Of a DNA stretch of 64,000 nucleotides, positions 38,321-49,118 are shown piece by piece. Below the pieces are notes generated by a model. It was given only the letters and a program-made list of their open reading frames with translations. It made no database searches and was not told the DNA's origin. How positions within the stretch are numbered: the stretch's first letter is position 1; each line of letters starts with the position of its first letter. This DNA comes from Nibricoccus sp. (GTDB lineage Bacteria > Verrucomicrobiota > Verrucomicrobiia > Opitutales > Opitutaceae), in NCBI GenBank assembly GCA_047602425.1, contig JASGHG010000001.1, positions 1,248,001 through 1,312,000 of the forward strand, written 5' to 3'. A program made the position numbers and the translations under genes.

Positions 38321-39928
38321 ATGTTGAAACACGCTTTGCTATCCCTGTTACTGGTTCCGGCGGGGCTCCTGGCCGAACCATCCTCTACCACTCGCGTCAT
38401 CGACGCCGATTTTTCCATATCCCCCGGCGCGACAAGCCGCATGTACAATTTCTGCGTCGGCGCCGGGCGCGCCAATGAAGGCCTCCGTGCCGATTGGCAG
38501 CGCCAGCTCCGTCACGTGCGCACCGAGTGCGGTTTTCGCTACATCCGCTTTCACGGATTATTCTGCGACGACATGGGCGTTTACCAAGAGGACAAACAGG
38601 GAAAATCCGTCTACAACTGGCAGTACGTCGATGAGCTTTTCGATTTTCTCCAAAGTATCGGCATGAAACCTTTCGTCGAGCTCGGCTTCATGCCCAGTGC
38701 GCTCGCGAGCGGTCCGCACACGATTTTCTGGTACAGGGCAAACGTCACTCCGCCGAAGGACTATGCGAAATGGGAAGCCTTCATCACCGCTTTCACTCGC
38801 CATGTCACCGAGCGTTATGGCGCCGAGGAGGTGCGCAGCTGGTACTTTGAAGTATGGAACGAACCAAACCTGACCGGCTTTTGGATGGGTACGACTTGCG
38901 GTAAAACTTACGAGGAATTTCTTCCGACCGCCCGTGGCGAATATTACAAACTCTACGAATCCTGCGCACGCGCGGTGAAATCGGTCGATGCCAGCTATCG
39001 CGTCGGCGGACCGGCCACTGCCGGTAGCGGCTGGATCGACGAAACGCTTGCATACTGCACCGAAAAGAAGCTGCCGCTGGATTTCGTCAGCACGCACGAG
39101 TACGCCACAATGAGCGGCTATCTCGACGAGACCGGCAACGCCGGCACCGTCCTTTCGCCCGACCGCAACGCGATCACGAGTTCCGTGCGCTCCACGCGAG
39201 AGAAGATCGCAAAGTCGCCCTTCGCCGCCGCTGAGCTCCACTACACCGAATGGAGCGCCTCCTATACGCCCGCCGACCCGGTGCACGACAGTTACCACTC
39301 CGCAGCCTTCATCCTCGACAAGATGAAGAACATCGGCGCGACGGCGCAGTCGATGTCGTATTGGACTTTCACCGACATCTTCGAGGAACCCGGCCCGCGT
39401 ATGACACCGTTCCACGGCGGTTTCGGCCTGCTTAACTATCAGGACCTGCAAAAGCCTTCCTTTTTTGCCTACAAATTTCTGCATCGCCTCGGCGACATCC
39501 AATTAAACACCGCCGATCCCGCGGCCATTGTCTCCCGCGACAACTCCGGCGGCGTCCAGGCGCTTTTTTGGGATTTCACGATCACGCATCCAGGACCCTC
39601 GATCATCAACCAGGAATATTACAAAGCCGATCAGCCCGCCGTAGCCAAAGGCGCAGCTGAATTGCGGCTTTCAAAACTGCCCAAAGGCACGTACCGCCTG
39701 CTCGCCACCAAAGTCGGCTACCGCTCGAATGACGTGCAGTCAGCCTGGCGCGATCTCGGCTCGCCGGCCCAGTTAACCCGCTCGCAAGTCGATACGCTGC
39801 GCAAAGCTTCTTCCGGAAACCCTTGTCTCAACGAAAAGGTTAAGGTCGGCTCCGATGGCACTTTCTCACGTCGTTTCGACATGCGTGAGAACGATGTTTG
39901 GCTGGTCGAATTGCGCCCGGTGAAATAA
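38321..39928 (+). CDS. Beta-xylosidase, GH39
   Basis: YIRFHG, KPFVELGFMP, FEVWNEPN (acid/base), YTEW (nucleophile), SYWTFTDIFEE, FHGGFGL. Confidence 0.93.
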   Translation: MLKHALLSLLLVPAGLLAEPSSTTRVIDADFSISPGATSRMYNFCVGAGRANEGLRADWQRQLRHVRTECGFRYIRFHGLFCDDMGVYQEDKQGKSVYNWQYVDELFDFLQSIGMKPFVELGFMPSALASGPHTIFWYRANVTPPKDYAKWEAFITAFTRHVTERYGAEEVRSWYFEVWNEPNLTGFWMGTTCGKTYEEFLPTARGEYYKLYESCARAVKSVDASYRVGGPATAGSGWIDETLAYCTEKKLPLDFVSTHEYATMSGYLDETGNAGTVLSPDRNAITSSVRSTREKIAKSPFAAAELHYTEWSASYTPADPVHDSYHSAAFILDKMKNIGATAQSMSYWTFTDIFEEPGPRMTPFHGGFGLLNYQDLQKPSFFAYKFLHRLGDIQLNTADPAAIVSRDNSGGVQALFWDFTITHPGPSIINQEYYKADQPAVAKGAAELRLSKLPKGTYRLLATKVGYRSNDVQSAWRDLGSPAQLTRSQVDTLRKASSGNPCLNEKVKVGSDGTFSRRFDMRENDVWLVELRPVK

Positions 39929-39982
39929 GGCAATTAAGCACTTCCCACAGCAGTGAGCGAAGCCGGCATCTGGCTGTGACGT

Positions 39983-42106
39983 TCACTGCTGAGCGCCAAT
40001 TTTGCTAACCATTAGAAGATACGCCAGGGCCCAATCCTGATCGTTCGCCCAAGGGTCGTTACGTTCTCCGCACTGGCCGTTGGTTGAAAATGCGTACACG
40101 TGGGCGGCCGAACCCTGGCCTGCCGGCGTAAAGAGTGAGAGATTTCCCCACGTCACCGTGCGTGCGCGTTCTTGCCAGGATTTTTCACCCGTGGCTTTCG
40201 CGTAGTGGGCGAATGCCATCGCATTGATCGCGCTCCAATAGTGCGGGAAGGTATCGCCGTAAGTGCGGATTTTCCCAAACCAGAAATCGTCCCAATGCCG
40301 GATCGAAATTTTGTTGAGGCGGTGATCTGGCTGCTCGCCGGCAAACGCTTCGAGCACGCGCAATTGTTTTTTCGCGCCGTCGAGATACGTGACCTCGCCG
40401 GTCGCCCGATAAACTTCCAGCAGCAATTGCACTGCAGGCGCCACAATCGATTGCTCATAGTTGACTTCAAATGGCGGATAATTCGTGCCGTTTCGCAACA
40501 GGTTGTCGGCATGCGCCCGAAAATTTGCCAGCAGTTCGGCCCGTTCGGCGTCGCGTCCAGCCTCGGCCAGCGTCGCGAGCGTATCAGTTACTTGAATACC
40601 GATGGCATAGTACTTCGCTCCGCCGTGCGCGTAATAACTGCGCAACACTCGCACCATGCGTTCGAGTTGGTCCGCTTCGCGCGTGGCCCGATAAAGCGCA
40701 AGATGGAGGTGTGCAATCCAGGGATAATTGTAGAGACGGTGCGAAGGCTGGCGGCCAACGTTATTGAAGACCGTGCCTGAATCGTCCTCCAATTCACGTG
40801 CCACAAAATCGGCATAGCGGCGTAGACTGGCGGTGAGTTCCTCGCGAAAGGCGTCGTCGCGGCATTGCGGCAAATAAAGCGCGCCGAGCACACCCATCGC
40901 CACACGCTCACGACCGGCGTTGTGGTCATTGCTCGTCGCGTAAATCTGTTGGCCCGTCTCGTTGTCATATGCGAGGTAGGCGCCGTCGAGTGGTTCGCCA
41001 GGGGCGTGGCGTTGTTGGTGTCGGACAATAAAACGAACACGTGCGTCGATCAACGCCTCGGGCGATGCGACCACGTTGGCCCGCAACCACGTGCAGCTCT
41101 CACCGCGAGCGAGTTCAATCTTCATTTCGCCGGGCTCGGACGTTGGAATCGTGGCGCGCAGGGTTTTACCATCCAATTTGGCCGGTACAAGTTTCCCGTT
41201 GGCGGACAGCGTGGCATTTTCCAAAGAGGTTTCGGCCTCGGCCATGATTTCAATCGGCTCGCCAGCCTGAACGGTGTAGCGCTGAGCCGTCAGCCGGACG
41301 ACGTTTTTCTCGCGACTGATTTTCGCGAAAAAGTCATCCCATCCCGTATGCCAAAATAACCTCCAGGAAATGGTTTTGGTTGTACCACGTTTGACCGTCA
41401 TGGCAGCAGGGTGCAGAAGAAAAGTCCCGCGATCGCTATACGTCGCCCCTCGCTGGCTGTAGGCTTCCAATGCCCCTTCGGTCACGATCAGTCCAAGATG
41501 GGGTGCCGCCGCACCCATGCGCGTGGCGTTGATCCAAGCCGTGCTGCCGCCCATCCACAGGTGCGTGTGACAACGCGAGGTCAGGCTGAGGGTCGCTCCA
41601 GGATATTGATCGAACAATGGCGCAACAATCGAAACCGAACCTAGCGGGAGAACTAGGTCGATAATGCTGTTGTTTTTAAAACTGTAGGACTCGTGCAGCC
41701 CGTCATCGCGCAATTCACGCCGTACTATGACTGTTAGCGAAGGGGCTTCGTAAATCGTTTCGTGGACATTGCCCAACACTTGCCGCGACTTCACGCTGTG
41801 CAACAAGCCGGTGTGGGCCGTTTCCACCAGGCCCCACTGTCCCTGCGCCTTTGCCTCAGGAGATTCGTTAGCGATCCACTTGGTCTTTTCCCATCGCCCG
41901 GCTTCTCGGAGCCAGTTCATGTGCAATGGATCCTCCTTATTCTGAATACTGGCAATAGCTCCGGTCGCCGGATCGATCTGGAGTTGCCAGACTTCGTTAC
42001 CCCACGAAAGTAGAGCGGGAACAGGCTGCGGCGGGAGATCGGCTGCGCCGCAGAGAATCGGCAGCAAAAAGGAAACAAAGTAAGCGGGAACGAGAAAAAA
42101 CTTCAT
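39983..42106 (-). CDS. Six-hairpin glycosidase-like secreted protein
   Basis: Signal peptide; DHNAGRER, RLYNYPW, EVNYEQSIVAP, IRHWDDFWFGK..YGDTFPHYWS, ANDQDWAL. Confidence 0.65.
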   Translation of the reverse strand: MKFFLVPAYFVSFLLPILCGAADLPPQPVPALLSWGNEVWQLQIDPATGAIASIQNKEDPLHMNWLREAGRWEKTKWIANESPEAKAQGQWGLVETAHTGLLHSVKSRQVLGNVHETIYEAPSLTVIVRRELRDDGLHESYSFKNNSIIDLVLPLGSVSIVAPLFDQYPGATLSLTSRCHTHLWMGGSTAWINATRMGAAAPHLGLIVTEGALEAYSQRGATYSDRGTFLLHPAAMTVKRGTTKTISWRLFWHTGWDDFFAKISREKNVVRLTAQRYTVQAGEPIEIMAEAETSLENATLSANGKLVPAKLDGKTLRATIPTSEPGEMKIELARGESCTWLRANVVASPEALIDARVRFIVRHQQRHAPGEPLDGAYLAYDNETGQQIYATSNDHNAGRERVAMGVLGALYLPQCRDDAFREELTASLRRYADFVARELEDDSGTVFNNVGRQPSHRLYNYPWIAHLHLALYRATREADQLERMVRVLRSYYAHGGAKYYAIGIQVTDTLATLAEAGRDAERAELLANFRAHADNLLRNGTNYPPFEVNYEQSIVAPAVQLLLEVYRATGEVTYLDGAKKQLRVLEAFAGEQPDHRLNKISIRHWDDFWFGKIRTYGDTFPHYWSAINAMAFAHYAKATGEKSWQERARTVTWGNLSLFTPAGQGSAAHVYAFSTNGQCGERNDPWANDQDWALAYLLMVSKIGAQQ

Positions 42107-42133
42107 AAGCGAATACCGGGCGGTAAAGTGAAT

Positions 42134-44308
42134 TTATCGTGGCGACGTCGCCTCGCAGTAAATGGGCAATTGGTTCGGCGAAGCCACAGATGGCGGCGGC
42201 ACTGGTGCGCCGACGGCCTTGATTACAAAATTGTCGTAATACGGCGTACTAAGTTTTTTGTTTTCCCGCGCGGCCGCCACCAAGCCGGCCATGCCACGGG
42301 TGTACAATTCGTCGGTCGTCTTCAAAACTTCTTTGCCGTCGACTAAGCCAGTCACCGTCATGCCTTCGAAACGCAACAGCAGGCTGTGCCACTCGCCGGG
42401 GCGGATGTTTTGCACCTGAGTCGTGGCGAGGACCTTTTCGCCGCCCTCGCTCTCATCGTTTGCCTTTTTGAGAAGCGCCTGCTGCTCGGCGTCGCCCACC
42501 GGTTTCTTTTTGTCCTTTTTGCCGCGCACAACGACGAGGTCACATTTCCCATCATCGCGCAGTTGCATGAAGTAGCCCTTGGGAATGGTTCCGTAGCCGG
42601 TGCCGACGTGATTCACCCGGCCCATCACACCAGCAGTGTCTCCGGAATTTAGCCACACATCGACGCTGACTTCGTAGTCCCGCCAATGCTCGTCGCCCAA
42701 GATCGTGTATGGCTGCCACGACGGCGCCCAGGAAATCGGCCACGCCGGAATTACTTGGCGCAGCGCCCTGCCCTTTCCATCCGGACGAGCCGCGAGTTCA
42801 AACACTTCCTCGATGTCCGCGAAATACCGTGGCAGATGCCCCCATTGCTCCGGCTTTGCATAGCTCTCAAAGTTCTCCGCATACGGAAAAGGAAACGCAT
42901 GCGGAGCCAGAATCGCTTCGAACGAACCTTTTTGCTGCCCTGTCGTCGTGGAGAGGGAATAAATCGAATCAGGGTCAACCTTGAGCATGAATACGCCGTC
43001 CACTGGTTCGACCGACGTTTGCTGTACGAACTGCTCCTGTGCATTGCTGCGCCAGACACAAAGTTTCCCCGAAGAGAGCCCACCACTCACCAAAAATCGG
43101 ATTTCTTGTGGCACACGCGCCTCTTTCGTTTCGATGATAATACTGTAATCGTTCGTGGGAGATTTCAATGTGACGAACGTGCCACCATCGGCAAGCTCTC
43201 CGCAGCCACCATTGAGATATTCCCAGCCCACTTCCGTGAACTGCCCATAGTGCGCATAGCCCCAAAGCGCTTCTCTTACCTGGTAGTGTCCGCTCCAGGG
43301 GGAATGCGCCAGCACCGTCGCAGGATCTGCGGCGTAGGGCTCCATCGGATACACGCCAGCGATGTCGTACCAGTTCACGATTTTGGTCGCGCCGCTGTGG
43401 ATGAAATTGTCGTTGAAGCATTCGACCAGGCTGATCGTGCAATCGAAGCCTTTTTTATAGACATGATCCTCAGTGTTCCAGATCGGCTTGCCCATCTGCG
43501 CCGCCATTGCCTGCACCTCCTTCGAAGCATGCGCATTGGCTTTTCCATACATCACGTGCGCACCGATGATGTCGATTGAGGCACGCAGCTTTTCGTCGGA
43601 AAACATCTGCGCGACAAAATCGAATTTATTATCAGGCCAGTTGTCGAAAGCGTGCAGCTTCACTTTGCCAAAACCGTTCGCATCGAGCGCAGCTCGGAGT
43701 TTCTGCGCGAACTCGAAGCTCACACCCTTTTCGTTTCGGCAACCAAGCGCTTCAAATTCCAGCCCATAAGCGTTGCGCAACCCTTGCAGCCATTTCACGT
43801 AATAATCTGCAGCATCCTGCGTCCAAAATTTCCCGCCACCGATCCAGCCCGGCGCGCTCCATGCCGTGCCATCAAGCGTGAGGTTTGGGTTGCGCTTTTT
43901 CGCCTCGCGCAAAATCCACCATATGTAACCGCGCGTGTACTTCAAATCGTCGCGCGTGCGCATATGGCTCGGCATCGAGCCCTGCGTTGAGTTTCCATCG
44001 CCGGGGATTTCGACGAGCAATGCGCTGATGGACGCGCCGAACTTTGGCTTATAGACTAAATCGAGAATCTGGCTCCGCTGCGGCTCAGGATAATCCTTGA
44101 GCAATACCGCCGTCGCGCCTCCGCCGTTGACGAGGCCGATGCCGTCGAACCTCTTGCCACCGGCATCGCCTTTGAGCTGGACGACTTGAACTGCCGCGCC
44201 AGTCGCGGCTTGATCCCCCGCGGCAACACGCGTCGTCAAAGCGACCATGCAGAGAGTCCACAAAGCAACAGAGAACACCGCAGGGTAAATAAGAAAGCGA
44301 CAATTCAT
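42134..44308 (-). CDS. GH59 galactocerebrosidase-like glycoside hydrolase
   Basis: FDGIG..GGGAT..LLKDYPEPQRSQILD...GDGNSTQG..PSH, RNEK, IWNTED; ATG 44308. Confidence 0.88.
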   Translation of the reverse strand: MNCRFLIYPAVFSVALWTLCMVALTTRVAAGDQAATGAAVQVVQLKGDAGGKRFDGIGLVNGGGATAVLLKDYPEPQRSQILDLVYKPKFGASISALLVEIPGDGNSTQGSMPSHMRTRDDLKYTRGYIWWILREAKKRNPNLTLDGTAWSAPGWIGGGKFWTQDAADYYVKWLQGLRNAYGLEFEALGCRNEKGVSFEFAQKLRAALDANGFGKVKLHAFDNWPDNKFDFVAQMFSDEKLRASIDIIGAHVMYGKANAHASKEVQAMAAQMGKPIWNTEDHVYKKGFDCTISLVECFNDNFIHSGATKIVNWYDIAGVYPMEPYAADPATVLAHSPWSGHYQVREALWGYAHYGQFTEVGWEYLNGGCGELADGGTFVTLKSPTNDYSIIIETKEARVPQEIRFLVSGGLSSGKLCVWRSNAQEQFVQQTSVEPVDGVFMLKVDPDSIYSLSTTTGQQKGSFEAILAPHAFPFPYAENFESYAKPEQWGHLPRYFADIEEVFELAARPDGKGRALRQVIPAWPISWAPSWQPYTILGDEHWRDYEVSVDVWLNSGDTAGVMGRVNHVGTGYGTIPKGYFMQLRDDGKCDLVVVRGKKDKKKPVGDAEQQALLKKANDESEGGEKVLATTQVQNIRPGEWHSLLLRFEGMTVTGLVDGKEVLKTTDELYTRGMAGLVAAARENKKLSTPYYDNFVIKAVGAPVPPPSVASPNQLPIYCEATSPR

Positions 44309-44409
44309 GCCAAGGCAGTCAGGCAGTTTCAAACTCCCAGTTAAACCGCCTTTTTTGCCGTACCGTAAGGCAGCGCAAAACCACTGCACTAGAGGACCCA
44401 GCTCCCAAC

Positions 44410-45099
44410 TCAACCCGTCTTGCCCACACTCCGCTTCAGCCGCTTCTGCTTCGCGCGGAAACTCAGGCCAATCCGATTTGCGAGTTTGCGCACCCGTTCT
44501 TCCCAATGTGCACCGGCCAGATTTTTATTCTCCGAGAAACGTGGCTCCAAGGCTCGGGCGACCTCGCCCACGCTCTTCAGCTTCGAAATTTCCGGCCAGT
44601 ATAACCAGAGCAACAGGTAAATTCCCGTCGCGTCCGTCGTATTGCCCAATGCCTGGCGGTCCAGCAATTCAGGCAGCCGGTTGCCAATCGCCATGCCCTC
44701 CACGAAGGCGCGCCGCTCCTCCACATTTGGACCAAACAACCGGTTCATGATGTGTTTTTGAAATTCGTCCGTCAGCGGAATCTCGCCCGAACCCACCTGG
44801 ATCGCGATCGCCCGCGCCCTTCCATCCAGCCCAGCCCGTTCCGCTAGTTTTTCCGCCAGTGCGCCGCCGCTGATCCGGTGCGTCTGCACAAGATCCTGCA
44901 CCTTCGCCGCCCAGGCCACCGCAATGCCTTCCGTCAAAGCCGAACCATCAGACAAGAGAATCGTTGTATACTCCTTCGGCACAAATTGCGCTTGCAGGAT
45001 CCGCATCACGCGTTGCGTCCATCCCGGAAATTTTCGCAACAGTGTCGGATCGCGTCCCACCCGAAACGCCTCGGCAATCCGGTCGAGCAGTCGATCCAT
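44410..45099 (-). CDS. Hypothetical protein (start uncertain; ORF open to 45390)
   Basis: Helical product with basic C-terminus; host-like codon usage downstream of ATG 45099. Confidence 0.65.
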   Translation of the reverse strand: MDRLLDRIAEAFRVGRDPTLLRKFPGWTQRVMRILQAQFVPKEYTTILLSDGSALTEGIAVAWAAKVQDLVQTHRISGGALAEKLAERAGLDGRARAIAIQVGSGEIPLTDEFQKHIMNRLFGPNVEERRAFVEGMAIGNRLPELLDRQALGNTTDATGIYLLLWLYWPEISKLKSVGEVARALEPRFSENKNLAGAHWEERVRKLANRIGLSFRAKQKRLKRSVGKTG

Positions 45100-45610
45100 G
45101 GTGACCTCAGGCAGTGGTGTGAAAACTAATTTAGCCACGACTAGAAACGCTTCGCAGGCACCGGCCAAACACAATCCCGAAACATACCTCGCCCCCGGAC
45201 AGCCCCGCGCCCCGCCTGTCCGGGGCGAAACCCTGTCCGTTAGCATGCCGCATCGATTCTGCGAAATTCGACACGTGCAAAAAACATTCCACAACTTGTC
45301 CCGCGTAAGTGCCTTAAATTCGCATGCGCTCCGTCCTCGCCATGATTTCGCCGGATTTCCGCTCCGGCTCAACTCGCTCGCCTTCCCCATTCTTCGTCAC
45401 GCGCGTTCCTATCTCGCCATTGGTCCTCTCGGTCGCTGCCGCGAGAGCCACCAACAAAGTCGTTACCATCGCGCGCAACAACCCGATGGCTCCGGCGATG
45501 TACAAGCCCGGGCGCCGCCTGCCGGCTTCTTTTAACTCATCATCCGAACCGGCGACGCGTTGGATTAACTCGGTCGACCCATCGCAACCCGCCAATCGGG
45601 CGGCGTCCCT

Positions 45611-46678
45611 TCACTTGTCGCAGACGAGGCGAATTACATCGTCAAAATGCATGGACTCGGCCGCCTTGTTGTTCTGCAAGGCCTTTCTCCATTCGTCGGG
45701 CACAACGGGCGCAGAATTTTTCCTGCCCTCCGCCGGTTTTCCGCCTGCAATGCGCGCGTCGATCGCGAAAGCCAAAGGCCCGCTCTTTAGACGGGGAAGC
45801 GTCAGCTTCTGTAACTGTTGCTCCAGATCCTTCAGACCAGGCACCGCCTTGCCGTTCGCATCGACAACCCACACGTGGGAATGCCCGGAGTGCACCACGA
45901 GAATTATATAGAACTGCTTTGGATCTTTATCCTCGGCAAAAATCGAACCGCATTTGATCTTCACGCGATCGATATAGGCAACGATCTCGTCGGTCGAAAC
46001 GCGCTGGGCAAACTCATCCTGACTCATGTAACCGAGGTTGATGCTGCCGATGCCAAAACCCTTTGCCTCTTTGGACCCCGGCGTTTCGGCAGGAGCGGAA
46101 TCCTGGTCGGTTTTGCCTTTGAGCTTATCCACGTCGACCAATTTGAACCGTTGCATGACCTCAAAGACTTTATCCGCCTCGGGCCAGTTGCTTTCCGGCG
46201 CTCCCGAAACCGAGGCGACCATCATGTCCATATCGTCATTCCAAAAGAACGAATAAATGACATGGTATTCGTCGTCCGGATTTTTCGCGTTCGCCTGCAA
46301 TACTTCGATGCCAATCCTTCTAAAATATCCAAACTCCAATTCGGGCCAGGTTCGGATCACCTTCTTCGCATTCTTTTCAAAAAGATTCAGATTCTTTTGC
46401 GCGGCCTCTTTTGCAGAGACTCCAGTTTTCTTTTTAATGCCGACAATGCCTTGGATCTTGAAGCCGGTATCATAGCTGCCGCCCGCGTTCTTTTCCTTCG
46501 AGGCAATGAAAAGAAAGCCGGTCTGCGTCATGCCACCGTGGAAATGCCACGATTCCGGCATCAACAGTTCGCCACCCAAAGGTTCCAATGCCTGCGTCTT
46601 GAAACCCTTCGGCATTTCAACCATGCCGATTGCAAAACACGAAGACAGCACAAGCAGGGCGAAGATTTTTATTTTCAT
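45611..46678 (-). CDS. Hypothetical secreted two-domain protein
   Basis: Signal peptide MKIKIFALLVL...; two globular regions joined by a DSAPAETP linker. Confidence 0.75.
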   Translation of the reverse strand: MKIKIFALLVLSSCFAIGMVEMPKGFKTQALEPLGGELLMPESWHFHGGMTQTGFLFIASKEKNAGGSYDTGFKIQGIVGIKKKTGVSAKEAAQKNLNLFEKNAKKVIRTWPELEFGYFRRIGIEVLQANAKNPDDEYHVIYSFFWNDDMDMMVASVSGAPESNWPEADKVFEVMQRFKLVDVDKLKGKTDQDSAPAETPGSKEAKGFGIGSINLGYMSQDEFAQRVSTDEIVAYIDRVKIKCGSIFAEDKDPKQFYIILVVHSGHSHVWVVDANGKAVPGLKDLEQQLQKLTLPRLKSGPLAFAIDARIAGGKPAEGRKNSAPVVPDEWRKALQNNKAAESMHFDDVIRLVCDK

Positions 46679-46910
46679 GTTCTTTAGGGGTGGCAAAGGG
46701 GTTTGCCGACGATGAGCTTTGGGCTGTCTGCAAGTACAAATTGGCCGAAGCGCATGAGCAACGCTTAAATAGCCAAACCAACCGGCAGAGGCTTAAAAAA
46801 TTCCCTGCTGCCAGTAAGTGTGGTTGGAGAAATTGGCAGGATCTGTAACGTTCGTCGCACTACTTTGGTTGGCCGACGTGGTTTTGCTCCGATTTATCGA
46901 TGGCACTGCC

Positions 46911-47333
46911 ATGGCCGTTCGCATCACAGATCTGGAATTCCCTCATGTACTGGCGCTGCTGCGCGCGATGTTGCGTGAAGCAGGTTTGGGCGCATGGGAG
47001 ATCGAACCCTGGCTCTCAAAAAGTGCGGCTCGTATTGCCCGGGACTACCGGGAAAACAGCGGAGCCTATTTCGTGACCTATATTGATGGACAACCTGTCG
47101 GCGTCGCCGGTGCACAGTTGCGCGAAGCTCAAGCGTTTCTTTCGTTTAAAACCACCCGCTATGGCCAGATCGTCGACGAATACGTATTGGCCAATCATCG
47201 AGGAAATGGCTTGGAGCAGAAACTTCGAACCGCCGCACTCGGATGGATCGCCCAAATGGGCATGCCTGTGCTTGAGTCCACTCCTCCCAACCTCGCCCGC
47301 CTCGCCGTGCATAGCCATGGTGGAAAGTTGTAG
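46911..47333 (+). CDS. GNAT family N-acetyltransferase
   Basis: YVLANHRGNGL resembles acetyl-CoA motif A (V...RG.G). Confidence 0.7.
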   Translation: MAVRITDLEFPHVLALLRAMLREAGLGAWEIEPWLSKSAARIARDYRENSGAYFVTYIDGQPVGVAGAQLREAQAFLSFKTTRYGQIVDEYVLANHRGNGLEQKLRTAALGWIAQMGMPVLESTPPNLARLAVHSHGGKL

Positions 47334-47491
47334 CTAGCGATCAACGCTCGAAGCTCGACCGAAGCGGACTTGATCGACGTGGAAGGCGAGCCTCACCGTA
47401 ATCGCTTCGCCGTCGCCCGCTAATTTTAGACGAACAGCCTCTGGACAAAACGCGTTGGCGCCAAAGGAGGATGTGAGTACAGTCTATTCCG

Positions 47492-48343
47492 ATGATCGAA
47501 CCCGAACCATCTGCTCCTTTGGTGAACGATTCTTTCCCCGACGGAAGCGTGGACGCTGGCATTTACGCGACGTATGCAGAAGGTTTTGAGCATAGCCTTG
47601 TCGTGCTGGCGATGGGCGAAACCTGCTGGCTTGTTTCGACCGACAATGGACATCACTTGCGGGTCGAACCATCCGCACTCGACAACGTGCGTCGCCAGCT
47701 CACACATTTCGACCGAGAACAGGCCGGATGGCCGCCGCGTCCATTCGCGGATGACGCACTTCGTACCCGGCGCATGCCGTTCTCTCCATTGTTGTGGGTA
47801 TTGGGGATATTCGTTGGTTACTGGGCTCAAAGCGAACGTCCGGGTTTGACCGACGCCGCGCTGCTCGATGCGCGGCGCGTTTTCGATCAAGGCGAATGGT
47901 GGCGCGTGTGGACCGCCCTTTGGTTGCACGCCGACCTGGGTCACCTTGTTTCAAATGCAGCCAATGGATTTATGATATTTTCCGTCGTGATAGCGACCTT
48001 CGGATTTTATGCCGGTTGGAGTTTGATCGGTGCCTCTGCGATAACCGGCAACGTCGCCGCTGTCGCGCTGCACGCGGGCGACGATTATCGCTCCCTCGGC
48101 GCCTCCACTGCGGTTTTTGCTGCGCTGGGCCTGCTGGTCGGACGCGCGATTCGGCTGGCAATCCGCGTCGGCCGTCTCCATCGCCTGCGCACTCTGCTAA
48201 CACCGCTTTTCGCCGGCCTCGTTATTTTAGGACTGTATGGCGCGGGCGGGGTGCAAGTCGATGTCCTCGCGCATGCCCTCGGATTTGCCGCTGGTATATT
48301 GTTTGGCTTTTGCGCGGTCCGGACAAACGTGAAAACTCCGTAG
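47492..48343 (+). CDS. Rhomboid family intramembrane serine protease
   Basis: GEWWRVWTALWLHADLGHLVSN, SLGASTAVF (catalytic Ser), LAHALGF (catalytic His); soluble N-terminal domain. Confidence 0.92.
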   Translation: MIEPEPSAPLVNDSFPDGSVDAGIYATYAEGFEHSLVVLAMGETCWLVSTDNGHHLRVEPSALDNVRRQLTHFDREQAGWPPRPFADDALRTRRMPFSPLLWVLGIFVGYWAQSERPGLTDAALLDARRVFDQGEWWRVWTALWLHADLGHLVSNAANGFMIFSVVIATFGFYAGWSLIGASAITGNVAAVALHAGDDYRSLGASTAVFAALGLLVGRAIRLAIRVGRLHRLRTLLTPLFAGLVILGLYGAGGVQVDVLAHALGFAAGILFGFCAVRTNVKTP

Positions 48344-48422
48344 TGTCTTGCTGAGCCAACAGGCAGCGCAGTCCACGAATCCGGAACAAACGGGGGACTG
48401 CGCTCCTGATGTGAAATTTGGC

Positions 48423-49118
48423 TCAGAACTTAAAACGCAAGCCTGCGCCGTAAGACCACATATGGACGTCGACAGAATAGTTTTTTCTCGGCTCCGCGTA
48501 GGCCACACCGGCAAAAATCCCGACTTTGCGGGTGATCCAGGAGCTGGCTTCAAGCCCATAGGTCCAAGCCTGGCTGTCTTGACCCTCGAAGTCGCCTCCG
48601 AAACCAATCGACGGAGTCAACGCAATCCAGCGGAAAGGGATTTCGATGCCGACACTGGTGCTCCACGAGCCGGAGTCGTCCTTAAATTTTCCATTAGAAG
48701 TCCACATCGAACGGCTTTCGATCTTCGTCGTCGTCCAAGAGTACCCCAATCCAGCCGATATAAATGGCTTAAGCCCGTTGGAGAGCGCCTTATAAAACAC
48801 AAGGTCGGCGCTCAAACCATGACCTTCGGACTTGTATGCATAAAATCCGGGGAACTCAGTTTTGTAGCGGCTGTACCCATAACCGCCGGAAATATCCAGA
48901 TAGCGGGTAACCGGAATATTAACGCCCAAGGAAGTGCCATAGATGTTGTCGGATGTGTGCGACGGATCGCCGATCGCAAAATCCAAAGAGCCGTAACGCT
49001 TGCCCAGGTTGCCTTGGCTTGTTTCAGAGGTCGCCGTGGTTTGGGCGCGAGCGAGAATTGAACAAAGCATGGAAGCTGTGAGCACACCGATGCTGATGAT
49101 AGTCTGGAGTTTTTTCAT
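48423..49118 (-). CDS. Outer-membrane beta-barrel protein
   Basis: Signal peptide, alternating amphipathic strands, C-terminal YGAGLRFKF. Confidence 0.85.
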   Translation of the reverse strand: MKKLQTIISIGVLTASMLCSILARAQTTATSETSQGNLGKRYGSLDFAIGDPSHTSDNIYGTSLGVNIPVTRYLDISGGYGYSRYKTEFPGFYAYKSEGHGLSADLVFYKALSNGLKPFISAGLGYSWTTTKIESRSMWTSNGKFKDDSGSWSTSVGIEIPFRWIALTPSIGFGGDFEGQDSQAWTYGLEASSWITRKVGIFAGVAYAEPRKNYSVDVHMWSYGAGLRFKF

